Source: Candidatus Lustribacter sp. (GTDB lineage: Bacteria > Vulcanimicrobiota > Vulcanimicrobiia > Vulcanimicrobiales > Vulcanimicrobiaceae). Taken from it: a stretch of DNA of 64,000 nt. The notes beneath the pieces were generated by a model, which was given only the letters and a program-made list of their open reading frames with translations, searched no databases and was not told the origin of the DNA. Shown here in pieces: positions 37,503-45,790 of this stretch (position 1 is the stretch's first letter; each line of letters begins with the position of its first letter). Location: assembly GCA_965277805.1 (NCBI GenBank), contig OZ255842.1, forward strand, positions 4,032,001-4,096,000, in the 5' to 3' direction. The translations under genes were made by a program, and so were the position numbers.

Positions 37503-38065
37503 TGTCCGCTCCGCTGCGCGCCGCGCTGTGTGCGGCGTTCGCCGCGTTCACCTTGCTGGCGGCCACGCCGGCTCCGCACCCGACGCCGTACCGCATCGAT
37601 CTCACGAAGATTCAGCCGAAGTCGCTGCTGCCGAAGGTGCCGCTGCACACCGAGTTCGTCGTCGCGGTGAACAAGATGGGTCAGGTCACGCGCATCATCT
37701 CGGGCAAGCCCTCGAAAGATCGCACGTACAACATTCAGACGGCCGGCAACGCGCTGCAAGCGTTCATCCGTACGCCCGATGGCAAAGCGATCCCCGGCAG
37801 CTACCGGCTGACCTACGACTACAGCCCGAAGACGACGCGCATCCACCGCGACGTCGCGCTCGTGAAAGCCGGCGGCGTCGATCCGAATGCCGAGGGCGCC
37901 GTCTACCAGATGATGGACGATGTCAAGAAGCACGAGAAAGCCGCCGCGAAAGCCGCGCACACGCCCGCACCGGAGCGTACGGCCGCGGTGACGCCCGGTC
38001 CGCAGCCGACGGGAACGCTGCATCTCCCCAGCCTCCAGCAGATCACCAAGACCCCGTCGCCATGA
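37502..38065 (+). CDS. Exported protein with TonB C-terminal-like domain
   Basis: Signal peptide; 'EFVVAVNKMGQVTRI...PDGKAIPGSYRLTYDY'. Confidence 0.5.
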   Translation: MSAPLRAALCAAFAAFTLLAATPAPHPTPYRIDLTKIQPKSLLPKVPLHTEFVVAVNKMGQVTRIISGKPSKDRTYNIQTAGNALQAFIRTPDGKAIPGSYRLTYDYSPKTTRIHRDVALVKAGGVDPNAEGAVYQMMDDVKKHEKAAAKAAHTPAPERTAAVTPGPQPTGTLHLPSLQQITKTPSP

Positions 38066-38334
38066 GCGCTCGCGACCGCGGTAAAAAACGCGGTCCCGAG
38101 GAGTCGCTGATGGACTTCTTCATCCGCACGCGCAGCGCAGCCGATCCGGCAATCGATCGCGACGTCGCGCGCTCGTGCGGTACCAAACAACCGTACGCGA
38201 GCGAAGGCGAAGCGCGCGCCGTCGCCGCGATGAACGGCATGAAGCTCTTCACCTACCACTGCCGCTACTGCGACTTCTGGCACCTCACCCGCCGCCCCAC
38301 ATCCGCCAACCAAACCGCCCCCGACGAAGACTAG
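38062..38334 (+). CDS. Small putative Zn-binding protein
   Basis: 'CGTKQPY...YHCRYCDFWHLT'; ATGA overlap with the upstream stop. Confidence 0.65.
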   Translation: MSARDRGKKRGPEESLMDFFIRTRSAADPAIDRDVARSCGTKQPYASEGEARAVAAMNGMKLFTYHCRYCDFWHLTRRPTSANQTAPDED

Positions 38335-38349
38335 CCGCTCCCCGAACAG

Positions 38350-38381
38350 ACTGTCATCCCGAGCCCACTGTCATCCCGAGC
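38350..38381 (-). repeat. Two tandem half-copies of the REP-like repeat between convergent genes
   Basis: ACTGTCATCCCGAGC at 38350-38364 and 38367-38381, the reverse complement of the repeat's 3' arm. Confidence 0.7.
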
Positions 38382-38433
38382 GTAGCGCCCGGTTGGGGCG
38401 CGCAGGCGAGCGAGGTGACAATATCTATTATGA

Positions 38434-38916
38434 TTATGCGGGGGCGGCTCCGGCGGGGCTCTTGATGTTGGCGGGGTCGTACATCCAGACGTCGTCGATG
38501 GCGAAGATTTCGAACCAGTTCTCGAGCTCGGGGCGATCGGCGAGGTAGGGATACATCGGCATGACTTGCGCGCGGTGTTCGGCGTCGCGGATCTTGCGAT
38601 TCACGAGCATGTCGTTCAGGCCCGCGTACTTTTCTTGGTCGGTGTTGGCGTGCAGCCAGCGCACGACGTCGTCGTCGGACTTCGCGTTGCGCACGGCGTC
38701 GACGAATTGATCCTCGGTGATGCCGAGCCACTCGAAGATGTAGCCCGAGATGCCGGGCGTGATCTTATAGGGCCCGAGCGTGCCCTGGATCTTGGCGCGC
38801 GCCTTGTCGACCGTCCGCGCGAGGAAGACGATCCCGCCCAGCATCTCGCGCGCCGGGCGCGGCGGGTGCTGGCGGAGGTCGGCGTCGGGATAGGGGAGCG
38901 GGGCATTCTGCTGCAC
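38434..38916 (-). CDS. DUF5069 family protein
   Basis: 'PPRPAREMLGGIVFLARTVDKARAKIQGTLGPY'; TAGGCT -10-like hexamer 5 nt before the GTG. Confidence 0.8.
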   Translation of the reverse strand: MQQNAPLPYPDADLRQHPPRPAREMLGGIVFLARTVDKARAKIQGTLGPYKITPGISGYIFEWLGITEDQFVDAVRNAKSDDDVVRWLHANTDQEKYAGLNDMLVNRKIRDAEHRAQVMPMYPYLADRPELENWFEIFAIDDVWMYDPANIKSPAGAAPA

Positions 38917-38975
38917 GCCCGAGCCTACGTCGGGTCCGCAGGGAAACCTTCGCTTTGGGCGGCAACGCCGTGCCT

Positions 38976-39845
38976 ATGCGTTACGTTTCCTTTTCCGATG
39001 CGTCGGGCAAGCCGCGTCCCGGTGTGATCGAGGGCGACTCGATCAAACCGTTCGGCCCCGAAGTCGCGTCCCTCGATGCCTTCGTCAAAATGTCGCCGGC
39101 CGACCGCAAAGCGGCCGTCGCCAAACTCGGTGCGCCGATTCCCGCCAAGGGCGTGAAGCTGCACGCGCCGCTGCACCCGCAAAAGAACGTGTTCTGCGTC
39201 GGGCGCAACTACCTCGCGCACGCCGAAGAAGGCGCGAAGGCGCTCGGCCAGGAGCTGAAGCTTCCCGATGTGCCGACGTTCTTCACCAAAGCGCCGACGT
39301 CGATCGCCGATCCCGAAGAAGCGCTCGATCTCTCGAGCGACGTTTCGCCGATGTACGATTGGGAAGCGGAGCTGGCGGTCGTGATCGGTACGACGTGCAA
39401 AGACGTCTCGAAAGAAGACGCCCTCTCGAAAGTGTTCGGCTACAGCTGCCTCAACGACGTCACCGCGCGCGACCTCCAACGTACGCATCAGCAGTGGTTC
39501 AAGGGCAAAACGCTCGATCACACCTGCCCGATCGGCCCCTGGATCGTCGACGCCGCCGACATCGGCGACCCGCAAACGCTCGAGATCATGCTGCGCGTGA
39601 ACGGCGTCGAAAAGCAGCACTCGAATACCTCGAAGATGATCTTCGATGTGAAGACGGTGATCTCGAGCCTCTCGCAAGGACTGACGCTCGAGGCCGGTGA
39701 CGTGATCGCCAGCGGCACGCCCGAAGGCGTCGGCTTCGCGCGTACGCCGCCCGAATTCCTCAAGAACGGCGACGTGATGGAAGTCGAGATCGAAAAGGTC
39801 GGCATCCTGCGCAATTCGATGAAGATCGGGCCGACGAAGAAGTGA
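38976..39845 (+). CDS. Fumarylacetoacetate hydrolase family protein
   Basis: 'CVGRNY', 'DWEAEL', 'NDVTARD', 'GKTLD', 'GTPEGVG'. Confidence 0.92.
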   Translation: MRYVSFSDASGKPRPGVIEGDSIKPFGPEVASLDAFVKMSPADRKAAVAKLGAPIPAKGVKLHAPLHPQKNVFCVGRNYLAHAEEGAKALGQELKLPDVPTFFTKAPTSIADPEEALDLSSDVSPMYDWEAELAVVIGTTCKDVSKEDALSKVFGYSCLNDVTARDLQRTHQQWFKGKTLDHTCPIGPWIVDAADIGDPQTLEIMLRVNGVEKQHSNTSKMIFDVKTVISSLSQGLTLEAGDVIASGTPEGVGFARTPPEFLKNGDVMEVEIEKVGILRNSMKIGPTKK

Positions 39846-40810
39846 CCGGACGGCGGCAATTCCTCGGCAGCAGTGCCGCGTTCGGCGCGGCGCTGGCCGT
39901 GCCGGGAATCGCGCGCGGGCAGAGTGCGAAAGCGTTGACGATCGGATACGTTCCGTCGACGCTCTTCGCTCCTGTGTTCGTGGCGCAGGAACGCGGCTAT
40001 CTGCGCGACGCGGGCTTCAACGCAACGTTGACGCCGATCGTCGCCGGACAAGACGCGATGGCGCTGGTCGCGCAGAGCCAGATGGACGTGGCGACGGCTG
40101 GGTTGTCAGCGGCGTTCTTCAACGCGATCAACCGTTCGCTCGACGTGAAGTTCGTTGCTTCGACGGGCTATCAGCCCGCGAAGGGTCATCCGACCGCCCT
40201 GATGATCCGCCAAGATTTGTGGGATGCGGGCCAGCATGACGCGAGCGGATTGAAGGGTAAGACGGTCGGCTGGCTCGGCAATGCCGGCGCAACCGCCGGG
40301 TATTACGTCGCGCTGATCTTGCGCAAATACGGGCTCGGAATGAAAGACATCCAAGCCATCAACATCGCCGCGCCCGATCAGGAAGTCGCGCTCGAACGCA
40401 AGGCCGTCGATGCGATGTTCTGCTCCGCACCGTTCACCGCGCTCTTCGCCGAAAAGAAACTCGCGCAGATCATCGGCAGCGCGCCGGTCGGCATCGCGGG
40501 CACCGGCATCTTCTTTGGGCCGACGCTCCTAAACGACGCGCCGGCCGCAACGGCCGTGATGAAGGCGCTCCGCCGCGGTGCGGCCGACGTCGTCGGCACC
40601 GGCTACCTCAAGCCTGAAAATCTCGCGGCGATGGCCAAGTACACGGGTCAATCGGCCGACTTGATCAAGACGACCGATCGCTACGACTTCAAACCGGATC
40701 TGCGCATCGATCAAACGACGGTGCTCGACATGCAGAACGAATTCATCAGCCAAGGACTGCTCGCGTACAAGACGGCGCTGCCGGATTCGAAGCTCATCGG
40801 AAAGTTCTAG
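39842..40810 (+). CDS. Tat-exported ABC substrate-binding protein, SsuA/NMT1-like
   Basis: 'GRRQFL' Tat motif; 'APVFVAQERGY'. Confidence 0.85.
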   Translation: MTGRRQFLGSSAAFGAALAVPGIARGQSAKALTIGYVPSTLFAPVFVAQERGYLRDAGFNATLTPIVAGQDAMALVAQSQMDVATAGLSAAFFNAINRSLDVKFVASTGYQPAKGHPTALMIRQDLWDAGQHDASGLKGKTVGWLGNAGATAGYYVALILRKYGLGMKDIQAINIAAPDQEVALERKAVDAMFCSAPFTALFAEKKLAQIIGSAPVGIAGTGIFFGPTLLNDAPAATAVMKALRRGAADVVGTGYLKPENLAAMAKYTGQSADLIKTTDRYDFKPDLRIDQTTVLDMQNEFISQGLLAYKTALPDSKLIGKF

Positions 40811-40811
40811 C

Positions 40812-41936
40812 ATGCGCACGCGCGCTGCCATTCTCCACGAACTCGGGCTGCCGCAACCGTACGCGCAGAGCAAGCCGCTCACGATCGAAGAGATCGAGTT
40901 CGATTCGCCGGGCTTCGGCGAAGTGGTGGTGAAGATCGCGAGCGCCGGTCTCTGCCACTCGGATCTGTCGAACCTCAACGGCGCGATGCCGAAGGAGACG
41001 CCGCTCGCGCTCGGTCACGAAGCCGCCGGCATCGTCGAAGACGTCGGCGCCGGCGTCACCGAGTTCAAACCCGGCGATCACGTCGTCTTCGCATTCGTTG
41101 CGATGTGCGGTCACTGCGAGATGTGCATCAAGGGGAAACCCGCGATGTGCATTCCCGGCCACGCGGCCAATCGTGCCGGCGGCATCCTGCGCGGCGGCAC
41201 GCGCTTCCGGCTGCACGGCAAACCCGTGTACCACCATCTCGGCGTCACCGCGTTCACCGAGCGCACGATCTGTGCGCAAGAGTCGCTGGTGAAAATTCCC
41301 GACGACGTGCCGCTCGAATTCGCCGCGGTCTTCAGCTGCGGCGCGCTCACCGGCCTCGGTTCGGTGTTCAACGTCGCGCAGGCGAAACCGGGGATGACGA
41401 TTGCGATCTTCGGCGGCGGCGGTGTCGGAATGATGGCCCTGCTCGGCGCCGTATGCGCCGGCGCGACCGCGATCGTCGTCGATCCGCTCGAGAACAAACG
41501 CGCGCTGGCCCGGGAGCTCGGCGCCGCGCTGACGATCGACCCCAATGCGGGCGATCCGGGCACGCAGATCCGCGAGGCGCTGGGCATCCTCGGTGTCGAC
41601 GTCGCGATCGAGGCCACCGCGCACGCGCCGGTCGTGCTGCAGGCGCTCACGGCGACCGCCCCATGCGGTATGGCGATCGCGCTCGGCATCGCGAACCCCG
41701 CCACGACCGTACCGATCCCGCCGCTGCTGCTGACCGGGGGTGAGCGGACGCTGCGCGGCAGCTTCATGGGCGCCTCCGTCCCACGGCGCGACATCCCCAC
41801 CTACATCCGGCTCTGGCAAAGCGGAAAACTCCCCATCGAGCGTCTCCTCAGCGGTACAATCGGGCTCGACGGCCTCAACGAAGCCTTCGACAAGCTCGCC
41901 GCGGGCGAGGTAATTCGGACAATGTGCATCGCATAG
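40812..41936 (+). CDS. Zinc-dependent alcohol dehydrogenase (MDR, class III-like)
   Basis: 'GLCHSD', 'GHE', structural CxxCxxC...C site, 'FGGGGVG'. Confidence 0.92.
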   Translation: MRTRAAILHELGLPQPYAQSKPLTIEEIEFDSPGFGEVVVKIASAGLCHSDLSNLNGAMPKETPLALGHEAAGIVEDVGAGVTEFKPGDHVVFAFVAMCGHCEMCIKGKPAMCIPGHAANRAGGILRGGTRFRLHGKPVYHHLGVTAFTERTICAQESLVKIPDDVPLEFAAVFSCGALTGLGSVFNVAQAKPGMTIAIFGGGGVGMMALLGAVCAGATAIVVDPLENKRALARELGAALTIDPNAGDPGTQIREALGILGVDVAIEATAHAPVVLQALTATAPCGMAIALGIANPATTVPIPPLLLTGGERTLRGSFMGASVPRRDIPTYIRLWQSGKLPIERLLSGTIGLDGLNEAFDKLAAGEVIRTMCIA

Positions 41937-41945
41937 GGTGAAGTC

Positions 41946-43097
41946 ATGAAAATCGCCGTTCCACGCGAGCGGGTTCCCGGTGAGCGCCGCGTCGCGCTCG
42001 TGCCGGAGACCGCCGGAAAACTGGTCAAAGCCGGGATCGCCGTTGCGATCGAGCACGATGCCGGGCGCGCCGCGGGCTTCCTCGATGAAGCCTACACCGC
42101 CGCCGGCGCGACGATCGCCCCGGACGAAGCCGCGACGGTCGCCGACGCCGACATCATCGTGCGCGTCACCAAGCCCAGCGACGCCGAACTGAACGGCCTC
42201 AAGCGCGGCGCGATCGTCATCGGTTTTCTGGCGCCGCTCGGCGACCCGCGTTCGGTGGAACGCTACGCGCTGCGCGGGCTCACCGCGCTCAGCATGGACG
42301 CGATCCCGCGCACGACCAAAGCGCAAGCGATGGACGCGCTCTCATCGCAAGCGAATATCGCCGGTTACAAAGCGGCTCTAGCCGGCGCCATGGCGCTGCC
42401 GAAATTTTTCCCGATGCTCACGACCGCGGCCGGTACGATCAAGCCGGCCAAAGCGCTGATCATCGGTGCCGGCGTCGCCGGTCTGCAAGCGATCGCGACG
42501 TGCCGCCGCCTGGGCGCGGTGGTGACCGCATACGACACGCGTCCGGTGGTCAAGGAACAAGTGCAGTCGCTCGGCGCGAAGTTCTTGGAGATCGACGTCG
42601 GCGAGAGCGGCGAAGGCCAAGGCGGGTACGCGCGCGAGCTCTCGGCCGAAGCGATCGAGAAGCAGCGCCTCGGCATGATCAAGGCGATCGGCGCATCCGA
42701 CGTCGTGATCACGACCGCGCTCGTCCCCGGACGGCGCGCGCCGATCCTCATCACGAAGGACGCGGTCGCGGCGATGGCGCCCGGCAGCGTCGTCGTCGAT
42801 CTCGCGGCCGAAGCCGGTGGGAACTGCGAATACACGGTGACCGGCGAGACCGTCGCGAGCCCCAACGGCGTGACGATTATCGGAACGCTGAATTGGCCGT
42901 CGACCGTTGCCACCGACGCGAGCCAGCTCTACTCGAAGAACGTGCAGACCCTGCTCGAATATTTCATCAAGGACGCGAAGATCGAACTGGATATGACCGA
43001 CGAGATCATCGCGGGAACGACGCTGGTGCACGACGGCACGATCGTCCACAAGCCGACGCTCGACGCACTCGCGAACGCGAAGGGAAGCGCATCGTGA
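41946..43097 (+). CDS. pntAA: NAD(P) transhydrogenase subunit alpha, part 1
   Basis: 'ERRVALVP', 'QAMDALSSQANIAGY', 'GAGVAGLQA', 'GGNCE'. Confidence 0.95.
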   Translation: MKIAVPRERVPGERRVALVPETAGKLVKAGIAVAIEHDAGRAAGFLDEAYTAAGATIAPDEAATVADADIIVRVTKPSDAELNGLKRGAIVIGFLAPLGDPRSVERYALRGLTALSMDAIPRTTKAQAMDALSSQANIAGYKAALAGAMALPKFFPMLTTAAGTIKPAKALIIGAGVAGLQAIATCRRLGAVVTAYDTRPVVKEQVQSLGAKFLEIDVGESGEGQGGYARELSAEAIEKQRLGMIKAIGASDVVITTALVPGRRAPILITKDAVAAMAPGSVVVDLAAEAGGNCEYTVTGETVASPNGVTIIGTLNWPSTVATDASQLYSKNVQTLLEYFIKDAKIELDMTDEIIAGTTLVHDGTIVHKPTLDALANAKGSAS

Positions 43098-43399
43098 CCG
43101 ACCATCTGCTCACCGAGATCACGGTCTTCATCTTGGCCGTGTTCGTCGGCATCGAAGTGATCGGCCGCGTGCCGAGCACGCTGCACACGCCGCTGATGTC
43201 GGCCACGAACGCGATCCACGGCATCGTGCTCGTCGGCGCGATCCTCGTCGCCGGGCTGCAGTTCGCGCCGCTCGGTCCGGTCGTCGGCTTCATCTTGATC
43301 GTGCTCGCGTCGCTCAACGTGTTCGGCGGCTACACCGTCACGGAACGCATGCTCGCGATGTTCCGCCCGCGCCCCGTCGTCGCGAAGAAGGACGACTAG
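43094..43399 (+). CDS. pntAB: NAD(P) transhydrogenase subunit alpha, part 2
   Basis: 'LHTPLMSATNAIHG', 'NVFGGYTVTERML'. Confidence 0.95.
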   Translation: MTDHLLTEITVFILAVFVGIEVIGRVPSTLHTPLMSATNAIHGIVLVGAILVAGLQFAPLGPVVGFILIVLASLNVFGGYTVTERMLAMFRPRPVVAKKDD

Positions 43400-43400
43400 C

Positions 43401-44813
43401 ATGGAAGCAGTCGCAGCAACGGCGACGTGGTACAACGTCGCGTATCTCATCACGGGGATCCTGTTCATCCTCGGCCTCAAGTACATGAGTTCGCCGAAGA
43501 CCGCGCGCTTCGGCAACCGCCTCTCGATGGCGGGCATGGTGATCGCGCTGATCGCCACGTTTGCGCAGGGCGTCGTGCAGTGGCCCGTGATCGTCGGCGG
43601 CCTAGTCGTCGGCGCGGCCGTCGGCATTTATTCCGGCCGCGCCGTCAAGATGACCGCGATGCCGCAGATGGTCGCGATCTTCAACGGGTGCGGCGGCGGC
43701 GCCGCATCGCTCGTCGCGATGGGCGAGCTCATGAAGACGCTCTCCGCTTCCAACGGCGCACCGCTGCCCTACGATTTCACGATCACGACGATGCTCACGG
43801 CCGCAATCGGCGCGCTGAGCTTCTCCGGCTCGATCATCGCGTTCTTGAAGTTGCAAGAACTGATGACCGGCCGTCCGATCACCTATCCCGGCCAGCAGAT
43901 CGTCAACGCGCTCGTGCTGCTCGGCATTCTCTATTGCGCCGTGATGGTCATCATCAACGGCCCCGACGTGCTGCTGCACTTCAGCATCGCGCTCGTGCTC
44001 GCGCTGCTGCTCGGCGTGCTCTTCGTGCTGCCGATCGGTGGCGCGGACATGCCGGTCGTTATCTCGCTGCTCAACTCGTTCACCGGTCTCGCAGCCGCGC
44101 TAACGGGCTTCGTGCTCAACAACAACGTGCTGATCATCTCGGGCGCGCTGGTCGGCGCGTCGGGCACGCTGCTCACGCTGCTGATGGGCAAAGCGATGAA
44201 CCGCTCCGTCACCAACGTGCTCTTCGGCGCGTTCGGTTCGGTGCAGTCCTCGGGCGGCGGCGCGGCCGGCGGCAGCGGCGCCGAAGTGCGTTCGGTGTCG
44301 GCTGAAGATACCGCGGCGCTGCTCGCCTATGCCTCGCAAGTCATCATCGTGCCGGGCTACGGCATGGCCGTGGCGCAAGCGCAGCACTCGATTCGCGAAC
44401 TCGAGGATCTGCTCGAGAAACGCGGCGTCGAGGTGAAGTACGCGATCCATCCGGTTGCCGGACGCATGCCCGGTCACATGAACGTGCTGCTGGCCGAAGC
44501 TAACGTCCCTTACACCTCGCTTTACGACATGGACGACATCAACCCCGAGTTCGAGCGCACCACCGTTGCACTGGTCGTCGGTGCTAACGACGTCACGAAC
44601 CCCGCCGCGCGCAACGACAAGACCTCACCGATCTACGGCATGCCGATCCTCAACGTCGACAAAGCCGAAAACGTGATCGTCCTCAAACGCTCGATGAAAT
44701 CGGGCTTCGCCGGCATCGACAACCCGCTCTACGAAGACCCCAAAACCGCCATGCTCTTCGGCGACGCCAAGAAATCCATCGACGCCGTAAACAACGCCCT
44801 AAAACAACTCTAG
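43401..44813 (+). CDS. pntB: NAD(P) transhydrogenase subunit beta
   Basis: 'MTAMPQMVA', 'GGADMPVVISLLNS', 'HPVAGRMPGHMNVLLAEA'. Confidence 0.97.
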   Translation: MEAVAATATWYNVAYLITGILFILGLKYMSSPKTARFGNRLSMAGMVIALIATFAQGVVQWPVIVGGLVVGAAVGIYSGRAVKMTAMPQMVAIFNGCGGGAASLVAMGELMKTLSASNGAPLPYDFTITTMLTAAIGALSFSGSIIAFLKLQELMTGRPITYPGQQIVNALVLLGILYCAVMVIINGPDVLLHFSIALVLALLLGVLFVLPIGGADMPVVISLLNSFTGLAAALTGFVLNNNVLIISGALVGASGTLLTLLMGKAMNRSVTNVLFGAFGSVQSSGGGAAGGSGAEVRSVSAEDTAALLAYASQVIIVPGYGMAVAQAQHSIRELEDLLEKRGVEVKYAIHPVAGRMPGHMNVLLAEANVPYTSLYDMDDINPEFERTTVALVVGANDVTNPAARNDKTSPIYGMPILNVDKAENVIVLKRSMKSGFAGIDNPLYEDPKTAMLFGDAKKSIDAVNNALKQL

Positions 44814-44848
44814 CCTAATCGGTGAACAACGCCCTAAAAAAACTCTAG
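44787..44848 (+). repeat. 27-bp direct duplication of the pntB 3' end
   Basis: GTAAACAACGCCCTAAAACAACTCTAG (44787-44813) and GTGAACAACGCCCTAAAAAAACTCTAG (44822-44848); 2 mismatches, 8-nt spacer. Confidence 0.85.
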
Positions 44849-45054
44849 TCGCGCTTTTCGCCTTTGAGGAGTTTGGCGAGTTCGGCGTCCATTACGGATG
44901 TTTTTACGACGCGCAGGTGGGAGCGCGGTTTGGGGCGCTGGCGCGGGGCCGGCATGGTGAAGGTTGGGAGACGGCCGCCGAGTTTGCGGGCGACGATCAG
45001 CCAAACGATGAGCGCGACGACGAGCAGGGGTACGAGCTGGCCGATGAGATTCAT
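44845..45054 (-). CDS. Small single-TM hypothetical protein
   Basis: 'MNLIGQLVPLLVVALIVWLIVARK'; TAGACT -10-like hexamer 7 nt upstream. Confidence 0.6.
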   Translation of the reverse strand: MNLIGQLVPLLVVALIVWLIVARKLGGRLPTFTMPAPRQRPKPRSHLRVVKTSVMDAELAKLLKGEKRD

Positions 45055-45079
45055 CTCCGCGAGTCTAACACAACCGGCG

Positions 45080-45529
45080 ATGAAGATGCTGGTGACCTGC
45101 GTCGCCGCCGTGCTGCTGGCGACGACCGCTCTCGCCGGTTGCGCCAAGGCAGCCGATCCGAGCGGCGCCGGCGATTCGGCGGCAACGGCGTGCGATAACT
45201 CGGGATTCCTCGCCGCGCAGCACGCGCACGTGAACCATGCCGAGGTCACGTTCTGCGGCACGGTCGTACGGCTGCGGCCGGCCAAGCACACGCGCAGCGG
45301 CTGGCATCGCTACGTCTACGTGGACGTCGGGCACGACAACGTGATCGAGATCGACGCCAACCTCGATGAGATGGGCAACTTCCCGGTCACCGACGGCGAG
45401 CAAGCCGTGGTGCGCGGTGAGTACTACTACGACCAGGATGGCCGCGAGGGCGTGCACTGGACGCACCATACCGACCGCGGCTCACACCCGCCGGGCTACC
45501 TCATCCTGAACGGCAAGACGTACAGCTAG
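45080..45529 (+). CDS. DUF3465-like lipoprotein
   Basis: Lipobox LAGC; 'RGEYYY...GVHWTHH...HPPGYL..NGKTY'. Confidence 0.75.
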   Translation: MKMLVTCVAAVLLATTALAGCAKAADPSGAGDSAATACDNSGFLAAQHAHVNHAEVTFCGTVVRLRPAKHTRSGWHRYVYVDVGHDNVIEIDANLDEMGNFPVTDGEQAVVRGEYYYDQDGREGVHWTHHTDRGSHPPGYLILNGKTYS

Positions 45530-45789
45530 CGCCGCGAGGCGATTGCGTCGACGGCGGTCGAGACCAGCGCCAGGATCGCGAGCCCGAGCATCGCGACCAC
45601 GCCGATCACCAGCGTCGCGTAGTGGAACGGCACGCACCCGACCATCGCGATCGCCGCGAGAATAACGAGGACGCGCGAGCGCAGCGAGTACTTCGCGGCG
45701 TTGGCTTTGCGGCTCATCATCAGGAAGAGCACGTAGTAGAGCAGTCCGGCAAATTCGTAGGGGTAGCCGGCCGCGATTACGGCGTTCAG
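45526..45789 (-). CDS. Small membrane protein (start CTG 45789 or GTG 45732)
   Basis: Three hydrophobic segments; GGAGA 7 nt upstream of the CTG that follows the SBP stop. Confidence 0.5.
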   Translation of the reverse strand: MNAVIAAGYPYEFAGLLYYVLFLMMSRKANAAKYSLRSRVLVILAAIAMVGCVPFHYATLVIGVVAMLGLAILALVSTAVDAIASRR

Positions 45790-45790
45790 G

